64,000 nucleotides of DNA from an uncultured Verrucomicrobiae bacterium (GCA_963837955.1 CAWIPH010000002.1:3069175-3133174); one strand, 5' to 3'; shown: positions 19,449-30,202, numbered from the stretch's first letter. Numbers and translations are program-made. The notes: generated from the sequence alone by a model not told the origin.

Positions 19449-20405
19449 TCAAAGCTGCGCCGTTAGTTGAGGGACGATCTCAAGGGCATCCCCCACTAAA
19501 CCATAGTCGGCGACCTGGAAGATTGGCGCATCGGGATCTTTATTTATCGCTACGATCACCTTGGAATCTCGCATTCCCGCCAGATGCTGAATGGCTCCTG
19601 AAATCCCAATCGCGATATATAGGTCCGGCGCTACAATCTTACCGGTTTGACCGACCTGGTAGTCGTTGGGAACATAACCAGCATCCACAGCAGCGCGGGA
19701 GGCTCCAACTGCTGCGTTGAGCTTCGCTGCTAGCGCTTCGAGCAATTTGAAGTTCTCAGCCTTTTGCAGACCGCGTCCGCCGGAAACAACTACCTTGGCT
19801 GCGGTCAACTCAACCTTCTCACCGCCCGAAACCTGGCGGCCAACTAGTCGGGTGCCGCTCGTGTCTTTGACAATCTCCTTTACCGGCTCAACCGGAGCGC
19901 TCGCTTCTGTCGTTGCCGCAGCATCAAATCCGGTGGAAAGAACGGTAAGGACAACAATCGTGTCCGATGCTGACCGGACCGTCGCCAGGGCATTACCGGC
20001 ATAAATCGGTCGAACAAACGTATCAACGCCAATTACCTCGATGACGCCCGAGATTTGTTGAACATCGAGGTGCGCCGCAACCCGGGGAAGCACATTCTTT
20101 CCAAACGTGGTTGCCGGCGCCAATACATGCGAATACTCACCGCTTTGAACGTGCTGCAACACCTGGGCGGAAACAACCTCTGCCGTCTGAGCTCCCAGAT
20201 GTGACGCATCGGCCAGGAAAACCTTGTTTACCGCCTCTATGCGAGCACTCGCATCAGCCACCCCCTGCAAATTCTCTCCCACAACCAAAACGTGGACCTC
20301 CAGGCCTCCACCCGCTTCGCTGATCTTCTTAGCAGCGGTTACGGCATGCCTGGTAGCAGGCTTCAGGGAGACATTGTCGTGTTCAGCAAGAACTAAGATC
20401 GCCAT
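19449..20405 (-). CDS. etfA: electron transfer flavoprotein alpha subunit
   Basis: RPIYAGN, SGGRG, QVGQTGK and GISGAIQH. Confidence 0.95.
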   Translation of the reverse strand: MAILVLAEHDNVSLKPATRHAVTAAKKISEAGGGLEVHVLVVGENLQGVADASARIEAVNKVFLADASHLGAQTAEVVSAQVLQHVQSGEYSHVLAPATTFGKNVLPRVAAHLDVQQISGVIEVIGVDTFVRPIYAGNALATVRSASDTIVVLTVLSTGFDAAATTEASAPVEPVKEIVKDTSGTRLVGRQVSGGEKVELTAAKVVVSGGRGLQKAENFKLLEALAAKLNAAVGASRAAVDAGYVPNDYQVGQTGKIVAPDLYIAIGISGAIQHLAGMRDSKVIVAINKDPDAPIFQVADYGLVGDALEIVPQLTAQL

Positions 20406-20428
20406 AACAAATCAGGGAAAGCGAGGAA

Positions 20429-20639
20429 TGGAGCAGTGGAGTGTTGGAGTAATGGAGTAATGGAGTAATGGAGTAATGGAGTAATGGAGTAATGGAGTAA
20501 TGGAGTGTTGGAGTAATGGAGTGTTGGAGTATTGGAGTGTTGGAGTGTTGGGATGCAGCTGTGGGCCCCAAAAGGATCTGCGCGCTGATATCTTTCTCGT
20601 TATCATTACTCCAGTACTCCATCGCTCCATTACTCCATC
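20429..20639. repeat. octamer tandem array (TGGAGTAA/TGGAGTGT x15) with a downstream inverted array
   Basis: 15 units at 20429-20548, seven of them consecutive perfect TGGAGTAA (20445-20500); reverse-complement units at ~20604-20639. Confidence 0.92.
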
Positions 20640-20642
20640 GTC

Positions 20643-21392
20643 TCATATGACCTTCGCTTCGTTTCGGAGTTTGGAAACGAGTTCCTCTACGCTCGCCACT
20701 CGAATGCCTGCTTTCCGGGGACGGGGCGCTTCGACTTTCAAAGTCGTGAGTCGGGGAGTTACGTCGACCTGCAGATCTGCTACTTTGAGGATATCCAATG
20801 GCCGTTTCTTCGCCTTAATGATATTCGGCAGAGTAGTGTAACGGGGCTCGTTGAGACGCAGATCGGTCGTGATCACCGCAGGCAACGGAAGTTCTAATGT
20901 TTCCAATCCCCCATCGATCTCTCGCGTCACCACAGCTTTTCCGTTTGCCACTTCTAGTTTCGAAGCAAACGTCGCTTGTGGCCAATCTAGTAAAGCAGCC
21001 AGCAGTTGACCCGTCTGATTGGCATCGTCATCGATCGCCTGTTTCCCGAGAATGACCATTTGAGGCTGCTCTTTCAGCACCAAAGTCTTGAGCAACTTGG
21101 CGACAGCCAGCGGTTGTATTTCAGTCTCGGTTTCGACCAAGATAGCGCGGTCCGCACCCATCGCTAGCGCGGTTCGGAGAGTTTCCTGACAAGCCCCTGA
21201 ACCTATAGAAATCACGACCGCCTCAGTCGCAACGCCGCGTTCTTTCAGACGAATCGCCTCCTCCACCGCAATTTCGTCAAACGGGTTCATTGACATCTTG
21301 ACGTTGTCGAGATCTACGCCCGAACCATCAGGCTTAACCCGCACCTTTACCGTGAAATCAACGACTCGCTTGATCGGTACTAATACTTTCAT
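20643..21392 (-). CDS. etfB: electron transfer flavoprotein beta subunit
   Basis: [20 protein letters not shown] and LNEPRY. Confidence 0.95.
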   Translation of the reverse strand: MKVLVPIKRVVDFTVKVRVKPDGSGVDLDNVKMSMNPFDEIAVEEAIRLKERGVATEAVVISIGSGACQETLRTALAMGADRAILVETETEIQPLAVAKLLKTLVLKEQPQMVILGKQAIDDDANQTGQLLAALLDWPQATFASKLEVANGKAVVTREIDGGLETLELPLPAVITTDLRLNEPRYTTLPNIIKAKKRPLDILKVADLQVDVTPRLTTLKVEAPRPRKAGIRVASVEELVSKLRNEAKVI

Positions 21393-21647
21393 CGAAGGAG
21401 GAACAATGGAGTGATGAGACGGTGGAGTGTGCCACAGCCCACTTCATTTCGAAAGGACACAACTTGCCCAATCAACAGGTCGCGAACGTAGCCCAATCTC
21501 GCTAAACCCGCACTTGTTGAAACCGCCATTCGTCTTCCTTTCATTAATACTCCTCTCCTCCGGTGTGGCCTTGTCTTTTGTTGGCCGGCACCGTACTCTT
21601 CCAATCTGCTTTTGAGGGCTCGGATCCCCTGCTCCAACCATTCGGCG

Positions 21648-22829
21648 ATGTCCACAGTAACGAAGAATAGCTATCCAACTCTCGATTTCGATCTCGGCTT
21701 TGAGATCCACCAATTGCGCGAAACCGTTCGTGCTTTTAGCGACAATGAAATTGCACCGCGAGCCGAGCAGATCGACCGGGAAGATAAGTTCCCTCGCGAC
21801 CTCTGGACGAAAATGGGGGCTCTCGGACTCCATGGGATCACGGTGGGAGAGGAGTATGGCGGCGCTGGTATGGGGTATTTGGCCCATGTCGTGGCCATGG
21901 AAGAGGTAAGCCGCGCCTCAGCATCGGTCGGCCTGTCTTACGGCGCACATTCCAACCTGTGCATCAATCAAATTAGCCGTAACGGCACTCCGGAACAAAA
22001 ACAGAGGTACTTGCCGGGACTGATCAGTGGCGAGCATTTGGGCGCTCTGGCGATGAGCGAGGCCGGCGCGGGCTCCGACGTGGTGAGCATGCGCACTCGA
22101 GCGGACCGCAAAGGTGATGACTACGTGCTCAATGGTACCAAGATGTGGATCACCAATGGATCGGAAGCCGATACCATCGTGGTCTACGCCAAAACTGATC
22201 CTGATGCCGGTCCCCGTGGGATCACTGCTTTCATCGTCGAAAAGGGTATGAAGGGCTTTGCTGTGGCCCAAAAGCTCGACAAACTCGGTATGCGTGGTTC
22301 GCCAACCTGCGAGTTAGTATTCACTGACTGCAAACTGCCGAATGAAAATGTGCTTGGTACCGAAGGGCGCGGAGTCAACGTGCTGATGAGTGGCCTTGAC
22401 TATGAGCGTGTGGTGTTGGCCGCGGGGCCACTTGGCATTATGCAGGCCTGTTTGGATGTGGTGGTTCCGTATGTTCATGAGCGCAAACAATTCGGCCAAC
22501 CCATTGGCGAATTTCAGCTGATACAGGCCAAACTCGCCGACATGTATACGACTCTCAACGCCTGCCGCGCCTACGTCTACGCGGTGGCCAAAGCATGCGA
22601 CCGCGGCCAGACGACGCGAAAAGATGCCGCCGGAGCAATCCTCTACGCGGCAGAGAGGGCGACTTGGATGGCTCTTGAAGCGATCCAGGCGCTAGGCGGT
22701 AACGGTTATATTAATGATTACCCGACCGGTCGCCTCTTGCGTGATGCCAAACTATACGAGATCGGGGCCGGCACATCTGAGATCCGTCGCATACTCATCG
22801 GTCGCGAGATTTTTAACGAGACAGTTTGA
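21648..22829 (+). CDS. isovaleryl-CoA dehydrogenase
   Basis: [26 protein letters not shown] and YEIGAGTSE. Confidence 0.9.
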   Translation: MSTVTKNSYPTLDFDLGFEIHQLRETVRAFSDNEIAPRAEQIDREDKFPRDLWTKMGALGLHGITVGEEYGGAGMGYLAHVVAMEEVSRASASVGLSYGAHSNLCINQISRNGTPEQKQRYLPGLISGEHLGALAMSEAGAGSDVVSMRTRADRKGDDYVLNGTKMWITNGSEADTIVVYAKTDPDAGPRGITAFIVEKGMKGFAVAQKLDKLGMRGSPTCELVFTDCKLPNENVLGTEGRGVNVLMSGLDYERVVLAAGPLGIMQACLDVVVPYVHERKQFGQPIGEFQLIQAKLADMYTTLNACRAYVYAVAKACDRGQTTRKDAAGAILYAAERATWMALEAIQALGGNGYINDYPTGRLLRDAKLYEIGAGTSEIRRILIGREIFNETV

Positions 22830-22837
22830 GGAACTCT

Positions 22838-23623
22838 TCACGGCAGTCTCCAGCTCGGTTTGAGATCGCGGTAAATCGGCTGCGGTAGCTGGACAAGTAA
22901 CGGATGTTTTTCTGCATCCAGCCACCGAATCAGGAACGTGAGATTGTTCAGGTCCATGGCCGTGCATCCAACGGTGGGAACTCCTTCGCCCTGCCAAAGG
23001 TGCAAGAATATGCAAGACCCAAAGCCCGGATTAGGCTTCCAATTATGCTCGACCACCACGATCCATTGATACAACCCATCCGATCGGAACATCTTTTCTG
23101 CGCTGGACCAATCTGGTCGATTCGTTTTGTTCCGATCGACCACTCGGTTGTAGTAGCGGGACCTTGTATCGTCGACTCCCTCCGTCGTCGCGATGATTTG
23201 CCTATAAGGAAAACAGAGAATTCTCGCGTCCCGTCGCGACGCAATCCCCATACAAGTATTCAATCGAAAAACGCCCGCTGGTGCTCGCCCATCACCTTCC
23301 TGTTTGCGCGGCTCTCCGAGCACGCCCGTGCCGTGCAACCCTATTCCCCAAGCCAACCCATTTTTTCCCACAACGCAGGGGAAACTCGAACGCACCACGA
23401 TCCACTTTCCGGCCTGATTGCGTTCGAATAGCTGAATAACGCCGCTGACCGCGTTCCAGCTAGGCACTTTGACCAGGATCATTTGATCGCATTCGGATAA
23501 CTCCTTTGTAGGCCTGACCAGCTGGTAAGACACGTGTTGCGGTAAAACACATCCAGCCAAAAGAAGAAACAGCGAGACAGCTCCGATGAAAACCCTGGAG
23601 AAAGGATCGAGTTTTTCCGTCAT
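22838..23623 (-). CDS. L,D-transpeptidase (YkuD) family lipoprotein
   Basis: LAGC lipobox; KQEGDGRAPAG and GSCIFLH..PTVGC. Confidence 0.85.
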   Translation of the reverse strand: MTEKLDPFSRVFIGAVSLFLLLAGCVLPQHVSYQLVRPTKELSECDQMILVKVPSWNAVSGVIQLFERNQAGKWIVVRSSFPCVVGKNGLAWGIGLHGTGVLGEPRKQEGDGRAPAGVFRLNTCMGIASRRDARILCFPYRQIIATTEGVDDTRSRYYNRVVDRNKTNRPDWSSAEKMFRSDGLYQWIVVVEHNWKPNPGFGSCIFLHLWQGEGVPTVGCTAMDLNNLTFLIRWLDAEKHPLLVQLPQPIYRDLKPSWRLP

Positions 23624-23775
23624 TGATTTGTCGGTCGGAAGACGGACCCAGAGAAACGCGACCTAACTGCAACCACAAGCGAAAACCCCCAATCAATGGC
23701 GGTTCGGCCGCGCATGGGCGCAAACGGAAGGACGCAATGAGCCGCGTATCGATGTCCGAAGGGCCGAAGCCACCG

Positions 23776-24000
23776 ATCCCGCAGGGATACCATGAAAGTA
23801 GCCCAGCAATTTATTGCTGGGAATTGATGCAAAAACCGGTCCCGTCCCGACAGGGACGATCGAAACGTTCAGTTATTGGCCTCCAATGTGACTTTACGAA
23901 CGCAAGCCGTGGTCGATCATCCCATCCGGGACGGACGTGTTTTTTCAATCTTTACCCAGCAATAAATTGCTGGGCTACTTTCGTGGCATCCCTTCGGGAT
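23776..24000. repeat. family-A REPIN (complete inverted pair)
   Basis: GAAAGTAGCCCAGCAATTTATTGCTGGG inverted against CCCAGCAATAAATTGCTGGGCTACTTTC. Confidence 0.85.
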
Positions 24001-24183
24001 CCAGGGCTACATCTTTTCTTCATCTCTCGGCGGGACAAAACCAATCGAAATCGCGAGCCTTATGTCACTGTTCGTCGGCGTGCTTTCTAGATTCCGCCTT
24101 CGAAATTCTGAATTCAACTTTTGGGTTCATCGCTTGTTGCAAACCCTTCCCGACCTAATACGGTTCAGCGGACTTCGAATCCC

Positions 24184-24384
24184 ATGAAGAATCTTTCGCT
24201 TTGGCTCCCCTCCATCGGCTGCCTCGCTCTGCTGGCGACAAGTAGCGGCTGTGCGCGAAGCAGTTCCGCCACCAATGACAACTCCGCGGCTCTGCACTCG
24301 ATCGGGTCGACTCCCGATGAAAGCCCAGATTATCAGCCACCGCGCAGTCCTTCCTATGAAGACCCCTTCAAAGGTTCGCGCTAG
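24184..24384 (+). CDS. small putative lipoprotein
   Basis: MKNLSLWL hydrophobic leader ending in SSGC, then a polar tail. Confidence 0.6.
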   Translation: MKNLSLWLPSIGCLALLATSSGCARSSSATNDNSAALHSIGSTPDESPDYQPPRSPSYEDPFKGSR

Positions 24385-24960
24385 CCAAGCCGGAAATTAG
24401 CGTTCGAAAATGACCGCAACCGGGATGGTCCAACCCGGCGAACGCGGTGTGCTGAGCTCATCCTCTTCGATCAAGGACCTCTTCGTTGCCCTCCTTAGCA
24501 AATCCGAGCACAGCTAAGCCGGCAATGATCTGGCTCGATGATCCACAATCCGGCTCGAGCCTGCTCCTCGGGATAAGTACCAGAAAGGGAACGATCAAAT
24601 TTTGTCCCTATGAACGCCCCGCACGCTTTGGCCGTCGGGACTAAAATATAGAAGGCCATGGTTCATCTGAAAAATTCCCATTTCAGATCCACTTATTTTC
24701 ATGTTTTTACGCCGCGATTCCGAATCCTGATCTCGTGACGAAAATGTAACATGTTCGTCATTACATTGAGGTGGTCGAAAGGGTTAAACAGACACTGTTT
24801 ATAAAACTCGGTCGCCTCAAGTAGCCCTCTGCACTCTTGGCATCGACGATGACCGCCTCCTTGTTCGCAAAGGCGGTGTCTTCGATCCCAGGAATCGCCA
24901 GTCAAGCGGCCGATGAGCTGCCTCACGAGCTCCATTAACAAAAGAAAGACAAAGAAATAT

Positions 24961-26439
24961 ATGCGCTCGACTCCAAGAATCTGCGCAGTCGCTCTATTGG
25001 CGGCTGCAACGACAATCCTCCCCAGCGTAGCTGCGGATAAGAATGACGAAACCGCTTATCCTGTCAGCCATGTGGTGGTGATCTTTCAGGAAAATGTTTC
25101 CTTTGACCATTATTTTGCGACGTACCCCTTTGCTGTGAACCCGCCAGGCGAACCGGTTTTCCATCCCAAACCCGGCACTCCGACGGTCAACGGCCTGAAT
25201 GAGAACTTGTTGACGAACAATCCAAATACGCTGCAGCCGGTGCGGCTGGATCGTTCGCATGTGAATACTGCCGACCAGGACCATAACTACATGGCTGAGC
25301 AACAAGCTTTTGACGCCGGCCTCATGGATAAATTCGTACAATTTACCGGCGTGCCCGAAGGAACCGGACCCAGCAAGGTCATGGACTATTTCGACGGTAA
25401 CACAACCACCGCACTATGGAATTATGCTCAGGCTTTCGCCATGAGCGACAATTCTTACGGCACGGAATTCGGCCCGTCGACAGTTGGTGCCTTGAACCTC
25501 ATCTCCGGCAACACCAATGGATCAATCCCCGCAGACTTGGTAACCCCGTTTGGACCCGATTCAGTGAAGGGATCGGTAATTGGTGATCCGCAGCCCACCC
25601 TGGATAACGCGACGACTCGGGACAATGTTAAGATGTCCGGCCTAAACGTGGGCGACTTGTTGAATAATGCCAATCTTACCTGGGGTTGGTTCCAGGGTGG
25701 ATTTGACAATCCGGCTATTACTCATACCGGGAGCAACGGTCTGCCGAAAGCTGATTACATTCCGCACCACGAGCCATTCCAATATTATCCGCAGACCGCT
25801 AACCCAACCCACCTACCGCCGACCTCCGTGGCAATGATTGGTAAAACAGATCAGGCCAATCACCAATACGATATCACCCGTTTTTGGATGGCGTTGCGTG
25901 CCCACAAATTGCCTGCTGTTTCTTTCTTAAAAGCGCCGGCGTATCAAGATGGTCACGCCGGTTATTCTGATCCGTTACTGGAACAGCAATTTTTGGTCGC
26001 TACGATTAACGAGCTCATGAAGTCACCTGAATGGAGCAATATGGCGATCATAATTGCCTGGGATGATTCCGACGGCTGGTACGATCACGTGATGTCCCCG
26101 ATCGTGAATCAATCTCAAACGATTTACGACGCTCTGACCGGCCCAGGTACCGCCGGCACAAACCCTCCGCTGAATGGATTCCAAGGCCGAGCCGGATACG
26201 GCCCACGGCTTCCGCTCTTGGTCATCTCTCCATTTGCCAAGAAAAACTTTGTTGATCACACCATTACCGATCAATCCTCGATCTTGCGATTCATCGAAGA
26301 CAATTGGGGCTTAGGGACAATTGGGAACGGCTCTTTCGATGCGTTGGCTGGATCGCTGGTAAACATGTTCGACTTCAAGAACGGCAATCAGCCCAGCCTT
26401 TTTTTGGATCCGATCACAGGCGAGCCCGACGGTTTCTAA
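24961..26439 (+). CDS. phosphoesterase family protein (phospholipase C/acid phosphatase AcpA-like), secreted
   Basis: Signal peptide; HVVVIFQENVSFDHYF, GPSTVGA, DGHAGYS and WDDSDGWYDHV. Confidence 0.9.
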   Translation: MRSTPRICAVALLAAATTILPSVAADKNDETAYPVSHVVVIFQENVSFDHYFATYPFAVNPPGEPVFHPKPGTPTVNGLNENLLTNNPNTLQPVRLDRSHVNTADQDHNYMAEQQAFDAGLMDKFVQFTGVPEGTGPSKVMDYFDGNTTTALWNYAQAFAMSDNSYGTEFGPSTVGALNLISGNTNGSIPADLVTPFGPDSVKGSVIGDPQPTLDNATTRDNVKMSGLNVGDLLNNANLTWGWFQGGFDNPAITHTGSNGLPKADYIPHHEPFQYYPQTANPTHLPPTSVAMIGKTDQANHQYDITRFWMALRAHKLPAVSFLKAPAYQDGHAGYSDPLLEQQFLVATINELMKSPEWSNMAIIIAWDDSDGWYDHVMSPIVNQSQTIYDALTGPGTAGTNPPLNGFQGRAGYGPRLPLLVISPFAKKNFVDHTITDQSSILRFIEDNWGLGTIGNGSFDALAGSLVNMFDFKNGNQPSLFLDPITGEPDGF

Positions 26440-26508
26440 GCAGCTAGCTTTACAACCTCGCGCTTTGTAGGGCGGCACCATTGCTGCATCCGCCGCCCTA
26501 CATCTCTA

Positions 26509-26542
26509 AGCGGGACCCGATTGGGTCCCGCTCGTATTTTTG
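26509..26542 (+). terminator. putative intrinsic terminator after the phosphoesterase gene
   Basis: AGCGGGACCC-GATT-GGGTCCCGCT hairpin followed shortly by TATTTTT. Confidence 0.6.
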
Positions 26543-26779
26543 ACGTTGCCAAGCGCTTGGGGAACGGCAACCCTCCCGCTGCCGGGATTTGCTGTCCCGA
26601 TGCCGACATCAAGTGACGCCTTGTTTCAAAAACCACCTTCGATGTCACTTCAACACAACATCCTAATTGTAAGCGATTTACAATTATTGACTCACAGTGG
26701 CACAAAACCTGTTCTATCGACATGGACCGAATAAACGGTGATTAACGAACGTCTAAAAGAGCTCGAGAGGAGTCTCATC

Positions 26780-26914
26780 ATGAAAACTTCAAGAATTCCC
26801 AGAGAACAGAACCCGTACTTCCTCAGTGGACGCCGAAGGACGAGCTTTTTTAACTGGTTTATGCCACGGCGCAGTTCAGTGCGCAGCTCAGGAATCCTGG
26901 TAAAGGTCTCCTGA
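26780..26914 (+). CDS. possible 44-aa basic small protein (MKTSRIPREQNPYF...)
   Basis: GAGGAG RBS upstream of the ATG; no homology recognised. Confidence 0.35.
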   Translation: MKTSRIPREQNPYFLSGRRRTSFFNWFMPRRSSVRSSGILVKVS

Positions 26915-26932
26915 CTATGAACCCTCCGCGCT

Positions 26933-27174
26933 TGTCGCGAGAAACGGCGTGACCAAGTCGCGAACCATTCCTCCTATCGAGGGCCAGGGGTTAATACTCC
27001 TGGCCTTCTCATTTTTTAATCGTCCTCTCGTCCTCGAAATACTGTGCGATTGCAACGAACGATTGTTTGACGAATTTTTTCGGCGCGCTGCGGCCGGTTT
27101 ATTCCAGCTGGATCGATTCGGTTAGCGGACCAGATTTGAAATAGACGCCGTCAAAATATGAGCGGGCTCCGCGC
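26933..27174. repeat. diverged direct duplicate of 27621-27856 (3' end of the LprI-domain gene plus its downstream region)
   Basis: Encodes RGARSYFDGVYFKSGPLTESIQLE* on the minus strand, versus RGARAYFDGVYFKSGPLTKPIELE* in the gene. Confidence 0.85.
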
Positions 27175-27286
27175 CGTTCGACAATGGAGTGAGCCGACTT
27201 TAGTTTTTTTCGTTCCATAAATTTGCGGAAAGTGGATAGCGCGAGCAGCAACTTATTGGCTAGGGTCCTTCCCTTAACTCAGCAGC

Positions 27287-27514
27287 ATGAGTTCAGGCGA
27301 CCAACTGCGTACACGGATCGGAGCGAAACCTTTTCACTCCTTCGCCATTGTGATACGGGATGGTCTACGCTTCGAAATTTCTAGCCCCGATGCCGCTCGG
27401 CTTACTCCATCGGGAGAGACCGTTTACTTGCTCACCAAGAATGGTCGGCGGCTTTTATTGGATGTGACCTTTATTGAGCGGGTGGAAATTGGCGACGCCG
27501 ATGTCGTCCGTTAG
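27287..27514 (+). CDS. small hypothetical protein
   Basis: 75-aa ORF with a PF..F.I...DG pattern resembling small PVC-superphylum hypotheticals. Confidence 0.6.
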   Translation: MSSGDQLRTRIGAKPFHSFAIVIRDGLRFEISSPDAARLTPSGETVYLLTKNGRRLLLDVTFIERVEIGDADVVR

Positions 27515-27780
27515 TCTCATTAACAATGGCGCTCACTCCGGCCGAAACGAGCGTGCCTTCCGATGGTATAGAACGCATAGACTCGCACTTCCTGCGGAAG
27601 AATAAATCGTGCATCGCGATTGTCGCCGAGAAGCGGCGTTAACAAGTCGCGAATCATTCCTCCTATCGAGGGCCAGGGTTATACTCCTGGCCTTCTCATT
27701 TTTAAATCGTCCTCGAATACTGTGCGGTCTGCCACGAACGATTGTTTAACGAATTTTCTCAGCGCGATACGCCAGCCAGT

Positions 27781-28881
27781 TTATTCCAGCTCGATCGGTT
27801 TGGTCAGCGGGCCGGATTTGAAATAGACGCCGTCAAAATATGCGCGGGCCCCGCGCAGATAGGTGTCATTGCGAGCTTTGATTTCGACGCGCCGATCATC
27901 CAAGAAGCTAAAACTGATTTCTGCCGGCGGCTGGCCTTCTAAGGGGTCGGGATCCCGATAACTGCCGCTTCTACCCTTCAAAATGATGCGCCCGCTTACG
28001 TCGCCAACATGGAGGGTCGGGCCGCGAACCACGTTCAAACTGAATTTGATGCCTTTGCTGTCTTTTTCCAAATCCAACTCCCCTCCATACTCGTCATTGT
28101 ACACAGCGCTAATACCCGCGGGTAAACTATCGTCGAGCAAGCTTCGGATAAACTTGATTCGGGACATGGTCAGGTCTCGAAGGCTCTCCAGCCGAGCGAC
28201 CTCTTTTGGCCGAGACTCAGTGTTCTCGGCAATTTCGCCGCTGTGGTCGGCAAAATCGTCCCGATACTGGATCCAAGCTCCCTCACGCTTCTTCAGATCA
28301 GCAAAAGAGCCGGCCGTTAGCTTTTTCTTGGCTTGCCCATAGATCTCGTTCAGCCAGCTGTCTGCCTCGTCGTAACGCCGTTGCGCTCGTTGCTGCAGTT
28401 CTTCATTGGACAGCTTTCGATAAGTACCGCTGAGGTCATAGCTTTTCTTTCGCTGGTCGGTCAGTCCAGACGCTTTCACTTCCAGTTGCTGACTGTCGAG
28501 ATCGCCTTCAATCGCGATTTTGGTATTGCTCTTCTGATCCGGCTGTTCTTCCATTCGATAAACGCTCCCATCCAACTTCAGCGTACCGCCGAAGTAAAAA
28601 TCTTCGTCGGGCGACGCATCGGCATAACGGGTAAAGCTAAAATCAGAGCTCGCGCCGGCGGAACCAGGCGGATCAATCGTGAGCTCCGTCTGAGAGTCGC
28701 GCGCAAAGGTAGCTGCCTCCAACTTATCGACCAAACAAGTGGCGAGAAGCAGCGGCGTGAGGATGAAGGTGCAGACGGAGAACAATCTGAACAATGGGCT
28801 CAGTTTCCGGAGCCGGGCATGAAACACAGGACTTAAACAAATAAGCACTGCGCCAGTATAGCGATCTGATCGACTGACCAA
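27781..28881 (-). CDS. LprI/DUF1311 (lysozyme inhibitor) domain secreted protein; start uncertain
   Basis: ADSWLNEIY...LKKREGAWIQYRD segment. Confidence 0.75.
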   Translation of the reverse strand: MVSRSDRYTGAVLICLSPVFHARLRKLSPLFRLFSVCTFILTPLLLATCLVDKLEAATFARDSQTELTIDPPGSAGASSDFSFTRYADASPDEDFYFGGTLKLDGSVYRMEEQPDQKSNTKIAIEGDLDSQQLEVKASGLTDQRKKSYDLSGTYRKLSNEELQQRAQRRYDEADSWLNEIYGQAKKKLTAGSFADLKKREGAWIQYRDDFADHSGEIAENTESRPKEVARLESLRDLTMSRIKFIRSLLDDSLPAGISAVYNDEYGGELDLEKDSKGIKFSLNVVRGPTLHVGDVSGRIILKGRSGSYRDPDPLEGQPPAEISFSFLDDRRVEIKARNDTYLRGARAYFDGVYFKSGPLTKPIELE

Positions 28882-28933
28882 AAGCTCACATTCTCAGTCC
28901 TCGCCAGTGGATTTTAGCGGATCAGCTCTGAAG

Positions 28934-29071
28934 AATAGCCGCAAAAGAACGCAAAAGAACGCAGAGAGAATTTGACCTGTCACCCGTCGTTTACTCGCAG
29001 CCGTGGTCAATGTTCTCTGCGCCATCTTTTCGTCTTTCTTTGCGATCTCTGCGTTCTTTTGCGGCTATTCA
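28934..29071. repeat. palindromic repeat, family D
   Basis: AATAGCCGCAAAAGAACGCA inverted against TGCGTTCTTTTGCGGCTATT. Confidence 0.75.
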
Positions 29072-29375
29072 TTCGCGATTCACAATTGCGGCCGCCGCAG
29101 ATTCAGAATGGCAACTGCGGCTTATGTCAAAAGCACCTAATCTAGCGCCGCTTTCAAGGCGCAACGTTTGGAACACGTTTCCCGGGGTTTAAACCCCGGG
29201 CGGGAGGGCGCACGTCCTCGTGCGCCGCGGATCGCGAGGACGCGATCCCTCCCCCTTCCGGGGCAGAGAACCAGAAAATCGGCTATGTTGAGGCATTGGG
29301 CGGCGGAGGACCCGCCCGAGTTCCTAAAGACGCCCCACGCCGATACGCTATCGTCCTTGCGTTAATCTGTGCGCC

Positions 29376-30107
29376 TCACTTCACCGCCGCCCAGACCCGA
29401 TGGACATCGTCGTGATCTTCCAGCGCCTGCAGGAATTCACCTACTTCCGCGCGTTGGGAATCGGAAAGCGACGGAAACTGTTTCGCCAGATAACCGGTCT
29501 CGCTCGTTACGACGGTCCAACCCTCCTTCGTTAAAGCTTGAGACACGGCGTGGGTGGATGGTCGATCGGTGATGAAACGGGCGCCGGTGACTCCTTCAGG
29601 TATGCTGTCGTTCTCCAGATGTGAAAGCGTTTCCAGTTCGTTGGCCCCGGCTTCAATCGCCGCGGCTTCCGCGTCGACGTTGGTCCCAGCGTGATAAGCC
29701 TCGACCAGTCCAACATGATCAAAGAGAAATTTATTGCTGCTAGGGGCTCCGAGCTGACCGGATTTGAAAAGTTTTCGAATCTCCGGCGCCGTACGGTTCT
29801 GGTTGTCGGTTAAGACGTCGACGATCACTGGGACTTTATGCGGCGCGTAACCTTCGAAAACGATGGAATGGAGCACAAGTTTCTCATCACCGACTCCAGC
29901 CCCTTTCTTGATGGCCCGTTCGATCACATCGCGGGTAACACTGGCTTTTCGCGCCTTTTCCATGACTGCCGCGAGGCGGGCATTTCCACCAGGATCAGGG
30001 CCGCCCGACTTGGCAGCCACCATGATTTCTTTGACGAGTTTACCGACAGCCTGACCCTTTTTCAGGTGCGCAACTTCCCGTTTTGCTTGGAGCCATTGGC
30101 GTCCCAT
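29376..30107 (-). CDS. YebC/PmpR family protein
   Basis: MGRQW start; NARL, IERAIKKG, EGYAPH, TDNQNRT and LEDHDDV. Confidence 0.9.
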   Translation of the reverse strand: MGRQWLQAKREVAHLKKGQAVGKLVKEIMVAAKSGGPDPGGNARLAAVMEKARKASVTRDVIERAIKKGAGVGDEKLVLHSIVFEGYAPHKVPVIVDVLTDNQNRTAPEIRKLFKSGQLGAPSSNKFLFDHVGLVEAYHAGTNVDAEAAAIEAGANELETLSHLENDSIPEGVTGARFITDRPSTHAVSQALTKEGWTVVTSETGYLAKQFPSLSDSQRAEVGEFLQALEDHDDVHRVWAAVK

Positions 30108-30167
30108 AGAATTGCGAAACTATCGCGGCGAAAAGCCCGGTTTCAACGCCAATCGAGCCTCCGTCAC

Positions 30168-30196
30168 TTGCATATATCGATGAATGGCGATATATA
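30168..30196 (+). promoter_or_regulatory. sigma70 promoter overlapped by a putative ArsR operator
   Basis: TTGCAT(30168)-N17-TATATA(30191); palindrome ATATATCG-N8-CGATATAT at 30172-30195; the GTG start is 6 nt after the -10, so the mRNA is probably leaderless. Confidence 0.75.
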
Positions 30197-30202
30197 AGAC
30201 CT

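Noticed and set aside
20383-20841. ORFs with HYSITPLL or WSNGVLE repeats
   Set aside because: Translation artefacts of the octamer array.
23620-24090. ORFs such as YPAINCWATF or FPALRTGLLS (also 10-264 and 53614-53973)
   Set aside because: Translations of REP-A palindromes, not genes.
26698-26713. sigma54-like TGGCAC box before the 44-aa ORF
   Set aside because: The -12 position reads GT rather than the required GC.
26933-27856. Possible DGR template/variable repeat pair (a bAvd-like gene is also in the window)
   Set aside because: Differences between the copies are not adenine-specific, and no reverse transcriptase is present.
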